The notes under the pieces are model-generated. The model was given only the letters and a program-made list of their open reading frames with translations. It had not been told where the DNA came from and ran no database searches. From assembly GCA_030704615.1 (NCBI GenBank), contig CM060732.1:62310001-62374000 (forward strand): DNA of 64,000 bases, in the 5' to 3' direction. Each line of letters opens with the position of its first letter. Positions within the stretch are counted from its first letter, which is position 1. Source of the DNA: Takakia lepidozioides. Taxonomy: Eukaryota; Plantae; Bryophyta. Shown here one piece after another: positions 36,331 to 48,979 of the stretch. Both the position numbers and the translations under genes were made by a program.

Positions 36331-36837
36331 TCTCTGCTGGCCATGCATGGCATACGGTACGCTTCAAAGTAGAATACATCCATCCATCCATTCGTACACA
36401 CTACACACACATACATGTACATGTGGGAGCGCCAGAGATCATGGGGGGGTGGTGGGGTTGCTTTATGGGCCACATTCAGTGGATCCAGAGGGTATTGGTG
36501 GATTGGTAGGTAGGAGTGGATGGTCGGTAGCTGACTCCAATAATGTTGGAGGGTTCGTCCAAGGGAATTAAATGTGTGGTGTCTGAGGCATATCACCAAA
36601 GTTGTGTTTATTTATTTAAATTAATAAATTTAAAGATAACAGGGGATGGAGGTTGGGTGAGCACAAAGGCATATTCCCCGCTGGGAAATTTCGGTGAAGT
36701 TTTCAGAGCGAAATGAAATTGGCGAAACTAACAATTATGCAAAACTAACACATGAAGAACAAGTAGCCCCTATACCCGATGAACATGTTACCCTATAGGC
36801 GTGGCTTTTTCTCAATGAGAAACCCACCGCTGCTTAG

Positions 36838-37062
36838 GTTTGTGCCCATATCACATATCATTTCTCACTACAAAATGCAATTTGTGCCCATAGCACAAAT
36901 AATTTCTCGGTGTGAAATTAACCTAAACTATCATTTCTCACAGCGAAAAGCAGTTTGTGCCCATAGCACACATAATTTCTCATTGCGAAATTATCCTAAA
37001 CCATCATTTCTCACTACGAAATGTTGTTTGTGCCCATAGCACAATAATTTTTCAGTGCGAAA
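36838..37062 (+). repeat. Imperfect tandem repeat (TTTGTGCCCATAGCACA...TTTCTCA...GAAA)
   Basis: The TTTGTGCCCATA core occurs four times (~36839, 36881, 36954, 37028), with interleaved CATTTCTCA sub-repeats. Confidence 0.8.
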
Positions 37063-38727
37063 TTCACCGCCGCCGTTATAGGTTTAGGGTTTCTGGTTAC
37101 ACTACGGAAGGTTTCGCCTCGCTGAATTGGCACAGATATACCGTCCAAATGCACCAAAAACTAGACCCGCTTATGGTTTTATTCCGTTTTGAAAACATAT
37201 AACTCCTATGACCGAGGTTAAAAAAACAAAAAATCCCATGACCGTGGGTTGTGCTCACGCTAGCGTGCATGTGCTCACATGATACCAACCCCGGGTATGG
37301 AGGCCCTGGAAATATATTAGAAAGGAACGGGATAAAATAACCCGTGGTGATAGAGCCTTAAAGCGTATTAGGGGCAAAAGTTGATAATGTCTCCGGAAAG
37401 TTGGACATGGGCGGAAATGAACAAGGTAATGGGAATGCCGAAGACCTTCACCGAAACTTGATTTATGCGGTTAGATGTGTGCAAGCTTGTTGTGCTTGGG
37501 TAGAGATATTGAAGCTGGATTGGCCGGTTTCCTACAGGGTATAAGAGACATAGTGGGGCGGTGTACACACAGCCGGTCTGCATTTGGTGGTACAAATACA
37601 TGTGAGCGGAGATTTGGCCAATCTGGCCCCTTGTGTCGACCTATAAAGCCTCCAGTCACTGTTAGCGCAACGCGCAATGTCGATGCCTTACAAACAGATC
37701 TTACGTTTCCGTAAGATCACTCCTATTTTGCCGCAGGAGCCTTACGAATTCGAAAGGCTACACTTCCCAATTTTTACACTTCCCAATTTTTTAATTGTTT
37801 TAATTGAATTCTCGGGCAGTTCTTTACGCAGGAGAAGGGCCTGAGTGGAGGGCCTTCCGCCATTTTCGGGAGGGTGTCGGGATTGATGAACACGGCCAGT
37901 AAGTAGAGCCACATGCACTCGAAGTCATAGGATACTTGAACGCATACTTGAACGCAAATAGGGTTTGTCAGCCCAGATAGGGGATACCAGCTGCGATATA
38001 GTGGTCGGACATCTTTTCAGGGCTAAGAAAAAGTTTCGCCAGCAAAACTCTTTTTTTTCATCCAGTTGTACCCCTGAAAGTCTTCTGCACCAATTATTTA
38101 CTAATAAGGTGTACTCAACCTGCAATTGAGTCAATGAATAAGAGGGACTCTGTTCTCTGTTCCCTTTCCTTTTAAAAAAATGAAATGGACCATCATATAT
38201 TATGGGTCCTGCTAGCTATATCCACTCATTCTACCTAGCACTTGATGGAATTATACCGTTGGAACAAGAATCTAGTAACATTCTTGTGAGCATGAAAAGC
38301 TTCCATTCCTCTACATAACAAGAAAACAATTTTCAAATATTATCAAAATTCCTAAATGGCTAAGCCATTGATTCCAGTTTTCATATGAACATGTCTCATC
38401 ATATTCACCACATTCTCCTAAGTTTTCAGAGTTTGCCCCAATTTGGGTGGCACCGACTTTTAGTGTTGGGAATTTTACTCCTAGGAACATATAGAAACAG
38501 CAAGATTACCCTTAAATGAGTATGGAACCTGAAACATGAACATCTAAAATGCATGTAACTTTTCTGTATGTTAATGTTTTATTGGGTTACCTGGGCTGAT
38601 GACATTGACAGACCTGCTTCACTCATCATGAGTATGCCATCTGGAGCAATCCTGCCACATCTACAAATACCCAAATTGTGCAAGTGCCAAAATCTGGTGG
38701 ATTGGAGTGAGATGCAAAGTAAAGTAA

Positions 38728-38893
38728 AGTATGCCGCCTTCCGAAGGGAGCGTAACTTATGGTATCACTTGACCCCGCTACTGCCTTCTAGCAGGAAGGT
38801 GGACACCCTCATGACACACCAGATGCTGGTTTGAACCCACAACCACATCCAACGTGGTATGTGGCCATTACCACTGGGCTACATGCTGGTTGT
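38728..38893 (-). mobile_element. tRNA-derived SINE
   Basis: Minus strand A box TAGCCCAGTGG and B box GGTTCAAACC; a second copy lies at 39640-39811. Confidence 0.7.
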
Positions 38894-39639
38894 CGGTGAG
38901 ATGCAAAGTGGACTTGACTTGTGTTGGCCAGCCCAAAGTCAGGTGGCCAAAATATTACACGGGCAATGACAGCGGTGGACGGGACGTTCGGTCGTTCAGT
39001 CCGCCGTGCTGTGACATGGAGGCCCTCCACTCCCAGACTTGCCACGGGCGTGGCGCATAGGGATACTTTTGCGCGTGGGATCATGGACCATTCAACTATT
39101 TACTAAGTTGATTACAGAGCGAATCGCACTTTTACCACTAAACTATACCCGTGACAAAATTATTGTAGCATAAAATTGCATTTTCTGTCCAACAATAAAA
39201 GAAAAAAAAATCATTTCTTGAGATTCTTTCGTTAACCTCCATCCCCAGAGATCCAATACTTGAGAAAGAAGTTATGTCACGTCCAAAGATGGTTTTTTGA
39301 AATTATAAATTGCCCCTGTATTATTGATTATTAATTTCATGAAAATTAATTTTACATTTTTGTTTTAGCCTAGCCAGATACCAGGGCGCTCTTTCTGCAA
39401 GCAAACAAAAGAACAAGCCAAAGATTGATGCAATTCTTTACCTAAGCTTAAAGCTAAAATACCAATTGTGAAAGCACTTACAAAAGCTACAAAAGTCTGA
39501 CTGTCTGAAATTGAAGTCATTTCTTTTTTTCCCCTAATTATTCGTATTCATGCCCAAACATGAACGGCATATTCCAGTAACAAATTGCCACCAGCCGCCA
39601 CTATGCTATGTCTTCCCAAAACAAGAAATCAAAGAAAAA

Positions 39640-39811
39640 AAGTATGACGCCTTCCGAAGGGAGCGTAACTTATGGTGTCTCTTCACCACAAGGGCTACTG
39701 CCTTCCAGCTGAAAGGTGGACACCTTCATGACACACCCGACCGTGGTTTGAACCCACAACCATATCCAACATGGTATGTGCCCATTACCATTGGGCTACA
39801 TGCTGGTTGTC
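39640..39811 (-). mobile_element. tRNA-derived SINE (second copy)
   Basis: Co-linear with 38728-38893 (CGCCTTCCGAAGGGAGCGTAACTTATGG...GGGCTACATGCTGGTTGTC). Confidence 0.7.
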
Positions 39812-39899
39812 CAAGAAATCAACATTAGTACTCTATTTGCTATATGAGAAATGGTAGTACTTCACAAAGTTGCGCCTCAGTGGCTAAAGATGAATTCCT

Positions 39900-41512
39900 G
39901 CATGCTCGGTAGGCTGGTTGTATTCCGTTGTGTTCCTGAAAATCGACAATTTTCCAGATCCAAAAAATAGATGGAATTTGAGGATTTTGCAAAATTTGGA
40001 CCGATACCCACCTTTTTTTGTGAAAATTGAATGGAGTTCATGGCTTCCCCTCGGGGAATCTGTCACTATCATCTCCAGGGTGGTTGACAGGAAGGATTTG
40101 TTTCCAATAAGAGTTATAGACAAGATCACAGGGGTTGCCAATCCCCTGCCACCATAGGGCATGGAAAGGGAGTGGGCTAAGTGCTCCATTTTGCCCAGTT
40201 TCCTACCATATCGCTGGCTGGGTTGCAGTTCGACCCAGGGGAATGGACTTGGATGAATCCAACCAAGACTCCATTCTTGGGTTACACTGCAAAGATAGGA
40301 TACAGGCTGCTTCTTGGCTCTGCAAACTTCACTAACATGTGGGCGCACAAAAGTGGCAGCACATTCCAAATGTAGGGATCCAATGGAAATATATTTGGAA
40401 GGACATATGGAGGAAAGATAGGCCTCTAAAATCTCTGCCTTCTTGTGGAAAATAGCCAACAGGATTTTGCCAGTGGTAGCAAACTGTATTGAAGGAAATT
40501 CAGCCTGCCTCCTGTGTCCGGGTAATGTGGTGGAGTCAATTGAACACTGTCTTGCCACTTGTAATGTGGCAGCCAGAGTGTGGACTTTGGTAGCAGATTT
40601 TTACTCCAGCTGGTTGCTTGTCTATTCACAGTCTTCCCTGTTGCTGCTTCTTAATTGGTACCAAGGACATCTTTGGAATTCATGTCCTGTTTGGGCCAGC
40701 CTTAGAGCGCACACCCTGTGGGCTTTATGGAAATCAAGATGTGTCTTTCTGTATGAGGGACGTAATCCCAACATCACATTGCTTTTGCATAAAATATTTG
40801 CGGACCTCATGACTGAAGGGTATAAGGCATGGTGTTGGCAGCCTGTGATAGGTGCAGCGAGGGGAAGAGGCAAGAACTCATCGCTTCGTTTGGGGGAAAA
40901 ACAACATCCTCTGCACCAGGACCTCTGATTCCACCATTACATGGCACTATGTCTTCCCCACTCAATGGCAAGTCTCTGGTGGGCTCTGAAGATGTGGATG
41001 TGAACTGGAGGCACCACAAATTGCGAATTTCAAAAGTGAAGGCTCAGCTGGACTTCATAGCTGACATTGCTGATGCCTGTTCCATTGCCACTTCATGGAA
41101 TTCCCCCTCAGGGACACCATTCCCCGGTAGCTATAAAATTTAAGCATGAACCTTCATATTGGATTCTTGTTGTTTCTCAGTCTCCCCTATCTGAACACTT
41201 AATTTTCCTTCAAGCCATCAGTATGGGGATTTTCATACTCTTGCATAGCCAGATCTGTGGTATTTTTGGGTTCGCCAGGTTAGGCAGCTATTTTTCTACA
41301 GTCAGGCTCCGGTTCTCTTCATGCACCTAGAGCCCCCAAGTTCAGCCGGTTATGTCCGTCATTCCCCTCCCCCTTGTGTTTTCCCTCCGGGATGTTCCCC
41401 ATGTGTTGCGCCTTCACGGCCCCCCAGAGGTTATTTTTTCCTCTTGTAGAATTTCTACATATTAATATATTTAGGGTCTCAATCCCTTTAAAAAAGAAAA
41501 AAAAGAAAAAAA
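39900..41512 (+). mobile_element. 5'-truncated L1-like LINE (zf-RVT region, 3' UTR, A-rich tail)
   Basis: FLWKIANRILPV...CLLCPGNVVESIEHCLATCNVAARVW...LWALWKSRC (40443-40928); tail AAAAAAGAAAAAAAGAAAAAAAG at 41490-41513. Confidence 0.8.
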
Positions 41513-41959
41513 GAATGGAGTTCTGAGAATTCATCGCTAGTAGTGTGGAGCAACCCCAAGCCCTAGTTCTAGCGATAACAAAAGGTCGGAAGCTATTTTA
41601 GCGTAGAGTATATATAGGGTGTCATAGTGCGTCGTCATCATCACCACGTCATCGTCGCCACATCATCATCGTCAAATTGTTTGGGAGCTGCCCGGACTGA
41701 CCGCCCAAAAAATGCCAATAGAACTCGTCGCGCCAAGTTTTTCTGCCCAGACTGCAAGAGGCGTTTCACACGCCGATCGCAGATGGAGACATTTGCAAAT
41801 TATGACTACATCGCAGAAGCTCTCACAGATGGTGGGACAACCGCAATCGCAAGGTGTGGCTTTTCTTAATGTACGATGTGAAGAAGTTTGTCCATCCTGC
41901 AAATGGGGGCTCTTAGTACCATGATTTGGTATTCTTCCTGATGTTTACAAGGTTCTTGG

Positions 41960-43660
41960 AAGAGTCGGCTTGGTCTTAGCAAGCCGTGTTTCAATCTTTG
42001 CCTGCTCAGCTGCACCGTGGTGGTTCTCCCATACCAATCCGTCATTACCTGACTACAGACACAAGCAACACACACAAGAGGTCCTTTTGGGTTGATGGTC
42101 GGCCAAATCCTCCATGGGTCATGACACAAGGTCAAGGACAATGTGGTGAGGGCACCTTCTTCTTCGACCTATTTCAACCTGTTTTGCCCTTTCATCAGAC
42201 TCGGCCCTGACAAAACAGATAATAGAGATGAGGAGAAGCTTTGGAATGAACACTTTTATGACCCCAATCAATGGTGGGACACTGGAGACAAAAAGGTGAA
42301 TGCCTGTTGGACTACAGAGAGAAGCATATGCAATTCTGAGGGACTACTGTAATAAGTAGGGTTGGGGTGTTTGCTGGAAGAACTTCACGCTGTCAGTGTC
42401 AGCTGCTAGCAGCAAGGCTAAGGATGTATTCGTGATTTCTACACAAGCAAGGATAGCCGAAGGACCAGGTATAGAGGTCCGGATTCATCCAAAAGGGCCG
42501 GATTCCAAACACAAGATTACTTCTTCCTATGGTTCTTTATAATGATTCCAGCACATCTTGGTTCCATATGTGACCCTTGATCATGAGATCAAGTGACTTT
42601 TTCAAGATAATGGTGGTCAAGTAGTCTGGGTTTTGGCATTGACTACTATGTTGTTCTTGTCCATTATGCAGCTTGCTGAACCTCAGGAAGTGAAACTAAG
42701 AACATGTAGGAGGATTGAGCAGTTTGTGTTTTTTGGTACTCCCCCACTCTCTTCTCGAAAAAGTTGGTCTTACTGATACAGTCCCTGTAGTCTCTGAGAG
42801 CTGGGATTGTGCCAAATATCTAAATGTAGGAGCCTTGAAGATGCACAAAGAGTGTTTGACAAGATGACTGATTGTGACGTGGTCTCCTGGAGTGCGATGA
42901 TTAGGATATGCCTAGCATGGGTGTGGGTTGGAGGCTCCAAATGATGCAAGAGGGGGTGAAGCCCGACCAGGTGTTCTCAAGGTATGTGTGAGCCTGGCAG
43001 CCGGCCTGGATAAAGGCAGAGAGGTCCAGGCTGCCGTTGAAAGCTGGAATCGTGCCAACTATTCTGGACACTACTCATCAGCTTGGTCTTAGCAGGCCGT
43101 GTTTCAATCTCTATCTGTTCAGCTGCACCGTGGTGGTTCTCCCAGACCAATCCGACATTACCTGACTACAGACACAAGCAACACACACAAGTTAAATCCT
43201 CCATGGGTCATGACACAAGGTCAAGGACAATGTGGTGAGGACTCCTTCTTCTTCAACCTATTTCAGCCTGTTTTGCCCTCTTATCAGACTCGGCCCTGAG
43301 CTGCATATTGAATTTTGTAAGTTAGCTCGTTGGGCAGCAGCAGCGTTACAATTCATAAAATCAGGCATTGCTAATGAAGGCACCTTCTTCAACATATTTC
43401 TCCCTGTTTTTCCCTCTTATCAGAATCGGCACTAAATTGTCATGTTGAATTTTGCAAGTTAGCTGGTTGAGTGAATATTGATAGTTAGGAGTGACTTTGA
43501 CATGATACTGCCAATGTGATGACAGGGAAGTATCTAGAAACAGGTAATAGAGACGAGGAGAAGCTGTGGAATGAATAGTTTTCTGACCCCAGTCAATGGT
43601 GGGACAACCGAGGCAAAAAGGTGAATGCCTATTGGATTACAGAGAGTAGTAGATGCAATT
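41960..43660 (+). pseudogene. Degenerate mosaic of PPR repeats and OSB-type PDF-motif fragments, internally duplicated
   Basis: EEKLWNEHFYDPNQWWD (~42230) plus PKGPDSKHK (~42490); EDAQRVFDKMTDCDVVSWSAMI (~42840); EEKLWNE*FSDPSQWWDNRGKK (~43555); 41965-42210 is repeated at 43080-43300. Confidence 0.65.
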
Positions 43661-43929
43661 GAGCATAGGAACTAGTGGATCAATAGCTACCAGAAACCTC
43701 CATGGGTAGATGGTCAACTAAAGACCGCAGCTACAGCAACACAGTTGATAAAATCAGGCAGCTCAACCATGACCAACTCCCATCTTTTGGTGAATGGCCA
43801 ACCAACACTGCCCACTATCATAGCAAATTAATAGGAGTATTCCAGTCACGCAGGCTCAGAGGTGTGGACACTCAAACCATCCAGCTGGTAGGCAAGCTAG
43901 TGCACTGCCCTCATAACCATATGTAGAGA

Positions 43930-44335
43930 ATTTACTCATAAGATGCTGGTTGATGTAGACTTGTGGCCATAGACCCCACACCGACTTTGGGTAGAACTAA
44001 AGGGAACAGACAGTTCCTAAGTTGTGAGGGGCTCAATCTGGTAGTGAGATTTACCATGGTACATACAATTAGCTCTAGAGAGCCCTTCACACTACATCAA
44101 CCTGATGTTGGTGACCTGCCCGGCAATGATCTGCCCGACAATTAGACCCCAACAGGGCCACGGCTATAGGCTCAGCCTCAAAAATTTCAAAGTTGGTGAA
44201 CAGAGGTGCAGGGACAATGTTCTTGATGTTCCTGAAAAGAGTCACTCTCTGGTGAGAATATCCCGGACAGTGTAATAGAAAATGAATATTGTCCTTAGGC
44301 ACCTGCACATCGGGCAATTACAAGCTCATTTTCCT
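43930..44335 (-). mobile_element. Diverged non-LTR retrotransposon 3' fragment (family of 9480-11445)
   Basis: CNCP...KDNIHFLLHCPGYSHQRVTLFRNIKNIVPAPLFTNFEIFEAEP; its 3' end matches ~18430-18515. Confidence 0.75.
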
Positions 44336-45741
44336 ATCTGCATCTGGGTATTGTTGACAAACTCTTCGACTATCCTGAAAACTTCGACATTAGTTGAAAA
44401 TCTTACAATCCTCTATTGTGTAGTACACCGTATATGCCTCGCTGCAGAGGCCACTCAAAATGTGTCAGTACCAACAATGGATGGATGGGGGTTGAGGACA
44501 TTAGAGCTCATATCCATGTCTCTCGTCTCTTCTGGACATGTCACTTATGCGGGCCCAGGGTCCCGACCGCTCAGATCTAAATCTGTGGACTACACCGCCC
44601 CAATGACATTGATGTCAACACGGACCTCTTTTCCCTTTTGTCTCGCACACACACTGTTACAAGTGAATAAGACCCCCAAGTTTGCATGCCTCTGTGGTCC
44701 TGTCTTCAGGCATCACCCTTTCCTGTTGCATTCCCATCCAGACATTTATTCATACACTCGTTTGGATGATGTGGGCATGTACCTGGTTTCTCTCTCGAGG
44801 GCCTTTCATGCGGATGCAATCATGCAAGAGAGACACACATCCTGGAGTCCTGTAGTTGGCTTGAATGCTTTGTTTGTTCAAAAATCTGCAGAACATCTTT
44901 AAGTCGTGCTGAATTATATGTCAAGGGATTAACGTGAGTTGTCCAATCAAAAAAGATCTGTGGTTTGGGCTTCGAGAGCTTGCAGCTATACACTCACCAA
45001 GATTGTGTTCACAATCACACACACAGATTCTCACAAACTCATACACATCAATCTATTCATTAGTACATTTCCGATCCGTAGATCAGAGCTCGCTCTTCTC
45101 TTTACTTCGAGTCTTCCATACTATCGTCGACCGACGTTGTCTCTTTGAGAGCCGTTAACACACTAGATCAGCTCTCTAGATCAGTGCCAGCTTTGTAGGA
45201 TGTCACCGCTGCACAGGCGCTGCACCACCGCACCTTCTAGCGGTGACTTAACTAGGGCTCCTACAAATTAGCAATATTATTAGGCCACTGCAGCTCTATA
45301 TATACCTCAGCTACTATGGAGCGAACTCTCTCTCCAGATTGTTATATGCAATTAGCCTCATGATTCTTTTTGGCAAAAAGACACTTCAAGGTTAATCTAG
45401 CTTTGTCTGCAAAGTGTGTAGTGGTGTGTAGTACTGGTTCTTGATTGCACTAGTTATTCATTGTTTGCTATGTAGAGTTTGTGTCATGTATGTCTCCTTT
45501 TTAGTGAACTTGCAACCACTACATTTAACAGGTTATGGGCCCACGCTTCTAGCTGGGTGCTTTGTTTTGTTCTATTGTATTCTTTCTTTTTCTTGAGCTG
45601 ACATTCTTTTTCATAGTTTTTGCCTTTTGCTTTCCTGTTGAGACTGAGTCTTCAAGCACAGTCTCATAGAGCAGTCTCATAGTGCAGTAGGTGAATCGCT
45701 TAAGATATTTATAAAAAAAATGAATCTGAGAGAGCAGCGCC

Positions 45742-48327
45742 ATGGAGGTGGCAAAAGAGTTAAGTAATATCGAGAGATTCAATGGTGAGGGTTTTGCCAG
45801 GTGGAAGTATCAGATGAAAGCAATTTTTAGAGGAAAAGAGCTTATGTCCATTGTTGATGGGACTGAGCCAAAGCCAGCCAAAGTGCATGGAGTCAACGGA
45901 GCACTGGACGTAGATCCTGACCCAGTAGCAATGACTAAATGGGTGAAGCGTGACAATCAAGCGATTGGTCTTCTATGCCAGGCAGTGGATCGAAGACAGC
46001 TAAAGAACTTGATGGGTTGTGAGACATCAGCCGCTTTCTGGTAGAAGCTCAACATCGTGCATGAGCAACGATCAGCGGAGAATGTTTTTTGCCTTCAAGA
46101 AACTTTTACAAGTGCAACATGGAGGACGGAGACGACAGCAGATTTTCTTGGCAAAATTGAGCTCATTATCAATTCGCTGAGAAGCATGGGAGATGCCAGC
46201 TTTACAGATTCGGCAGTTATTGCCAAGATTCTTTGCAACTTGCCAACATATCTCAGTCATTTCAGATCAGCCTGGGATAGTGTGCCGGATGGACCAGAAA
46301 AGAACATTGAAATGTTGACCTCGTGGTTGCTGACAGAGGAGGGAAGAGCAAAGACTGAGGCGAGTGAGATGGCAGCCAAGGCATTCTTGGCAGCGAAGAA
46401 AGGTCTGAACTCGAAATGTTTTGTTGGAGAGAGCTCAAAGCCAAAGTTGACAGCTGAGCAAGCTGAAACAAGAAGGGCTGCCATAGCCAAGGAGAAGGAG
46501 GAGACGACCTGCTTCAAATGTGGCAAGACAGGGCACTGGAAGCGGGAGTGCCCAGAAAAGAAGAAAAAAGACGGTGATGCCAAAGAAGACAAGCACGTGG
46601 GATCTACATACAAGGCGTGGATGGCTGATACAATATACAGTTCAAGCTCAAGGGACAAAGATGCATGGATAATTGATACTGGTGCTAATACTCACATGAT
46701 AGACCAAAGGGAGTGGTTCAAATCTTATAGAGACATTGCCATACTTGAGGAGACCGTAGAAGGCATTGGTGGCATCGAGTATCCGGTGCTTGGCATCGGC
46801 AATATTGACATCCGGGTGAAAGCTAGAGACGGATGGTATGTTAGCAAGGTGTTTTACATGTCCCGGGGTTGGGACGGAATCTTTTTTCGATCTTGAGAAC
46901 TGCCAACATGAACGTTGCTACTATGCATACCAAGAGCAGCTGCACCCTGATGCAAGATGGCAAGGTGGTCATGGAAGGATATGTCAAAAATGACACATTG
47001 TGGCATCTGCACATCAAAGTCACAACGTCCAAAGCTCAAGCATTTTTGGTAGGAGCTTTTGCAGGAGAATCTGCTGCGGGCCAGAGTTTGGAGCTTTGGC
47101 ATAGAAGACTTAGCAACGTGAACTGTCAGTCAGTCTTGACAACAGAAGCGATGGTGGATGGATTAAACCTCACAAACAAGAAGAAGCCTGAGTTTTGTGA
47201 AGGTTGTGCTTTTGGAAAGCATCACAGGAGTAAGTTCTCAAAGAAGGCGTTCAGAGTGCGAGCAGCAACAGTGGGAGACTTGATTCACACTGACTTATGT
47301 GGACCATTCAGTACAAGGTCAGTTGGAGGAGCGAAGTACTTCATCTTGTTCAAAGATGATCACTCGGCTTATAGAGTGGTGTATTGCATTACAAAGAAGT
47401 CTGAAGCTTTAAGGTGTCTCAAGATTTTTTTGTCCTTGATGAAAAGAGAAACTGGTCAATCAATGAAGGTGTTGCGATCAGATCGTGGTGGCGAGTTCAT
47501 AGGGAAGGATTTTGAAAAATATCTCACAGACATTGAGGCAAAGCATGAGATGACTATTGCATACAGACCTGATCAAAATGGAGCCAGTGAGCGTGAGAAT
47601 TGAACCATCATGGAGATGGTGAGAAGCATGATCTATTCTAGCAATGTGCATCCATGGTTTTGGGGTGAGGCCTTACATACAGCGGTATACACTCTGAACA
47701 GAACATCGACATGCACATTGCTCGACAAGACTCCATTTGAAGCCTGGAATAAGGAGCGGCCATCTGTATCGCACATGAGAGTCTTTGGGTGTGATGCCTA
47801 TGTGCATGTTCCCAAATAATTGAGGACAAAGCTCGATTCAAAAAGCACGAAGGGTGTTTTTATGGGATATAGCTTGATGAGTAAAGCCTATAGAGTTTGG
47901 CTACCCCACAAGAAAAGAATTGAGGAGAGCAGGGATGTTTTGTTCAATGAGGAGGCGGTTCAGGCGATAAGTGAAGACCGCGATGCATGGAGCAAGTCAA
48001 TCGTGCAATACAACCCAGAGCCCGAGGGTGACATGGCTGACACCACACAAGGAGTTGTGGCGTCCCTGCAGGCTTCTGTAGAAGGTAACACTTCAGTGGG
48101 AGGAAGTGAATCAGTGCAGCCAGGAATAGATGTCTTGGTGAAAGATGTCCACTTGGCACCAATCAGTCCCAGAGCGGAGAACATGATGAACGTGTCAAGT
48201 TTGGGGTTTGATGAGCGACCAGCAGCCTTAGCAAGTCAGCCGCCAGATTTGGTCCCAAGATGTGTTGACCAACCACCCAAGACCATCTCATCAACAGTTG
48301 TGGTCGATGAAGATATAACCGAGCTGG
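45742..48327 (+). pseudogene. Copia gag-protease-integrase, disrupted
   Basis: ORFs 45742-46044, 46057-46896, 46869-47603, 47610-47819 and 47820-48341 form one polyprotein broken by stops and a frameshift. Confidence 0.92.
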
Positions 48328-48968
48328 TGTCACGGACATAGCCCAGAAGAACTTACCAGGAGTAAATACCAGAAGTTACCAAGTTAATGGAAGTTACCAT
48401 GACTTACCGTGATTTACCATGATCTATCATATTTTACCATTAGTTACCAAGTTACTGGGAATTTACCAAATTACCAAGAGTAACTTGGGAAACTGTTGAG
48501 GAAACTTCATTTGGAGGAAACTTCTCCATCAAGATACCTCATTTGTTTAAGGAAGTTTCTCCATCAAGAAACATTTGTTTAATATTGGAAACTTCTCCAT
48601 CAATAAACCTCTGTAGGGGAAGCTTCTTAGGGAACTTCTTAGTAGCCAGTATATATAGAAGGCGAGACTGGACACTCTTCAGTCTCGCCAACACAAGTTC
48701 AAGCTACTCTTGTTCCTTGTCCCAGTATTCCAGTCCAGCTTCCAGTACTCTAGTCCAGTTTCCAGTATCTGGTACCCCAGAGTTTCCAGCATTCTTGTAT
48801 TCGAGTCGAGTTCCAGTACCTTGTACTCTTGTCCATTGTTATAAAGATCATCTTGATTCATGTTTACCCACCATGCATTCGGCCACGCCGACCTTGACTT
48901 CTTGTCTAATCTTGTACCTCTAGTCTGATCTCTAGTTTGTGTTCAGTCATGTTCTCGTCCTTGACAGT

Positions 48969-48979
48969 TTGGCGAGACT
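48969..48979 (+). promoter_or_regulatory. Self-priming PBS, complementary to the LTR sequence just downstream of the TATA box
   Basis: TTGGCGAGACT (48969-48979) is the exact reverse complement of AGTCTCGCCAA (48681-48691), about 25-30 nt after TATATAG (~48652). Confidence 0.8.

Noticed and set aside
36838-37062. Repeat array superficially like a CRISPR
   Set aside because: Units are degenerate, the intervening sequences resemble each other, there are no cas genes, and the context is eukaryotic.
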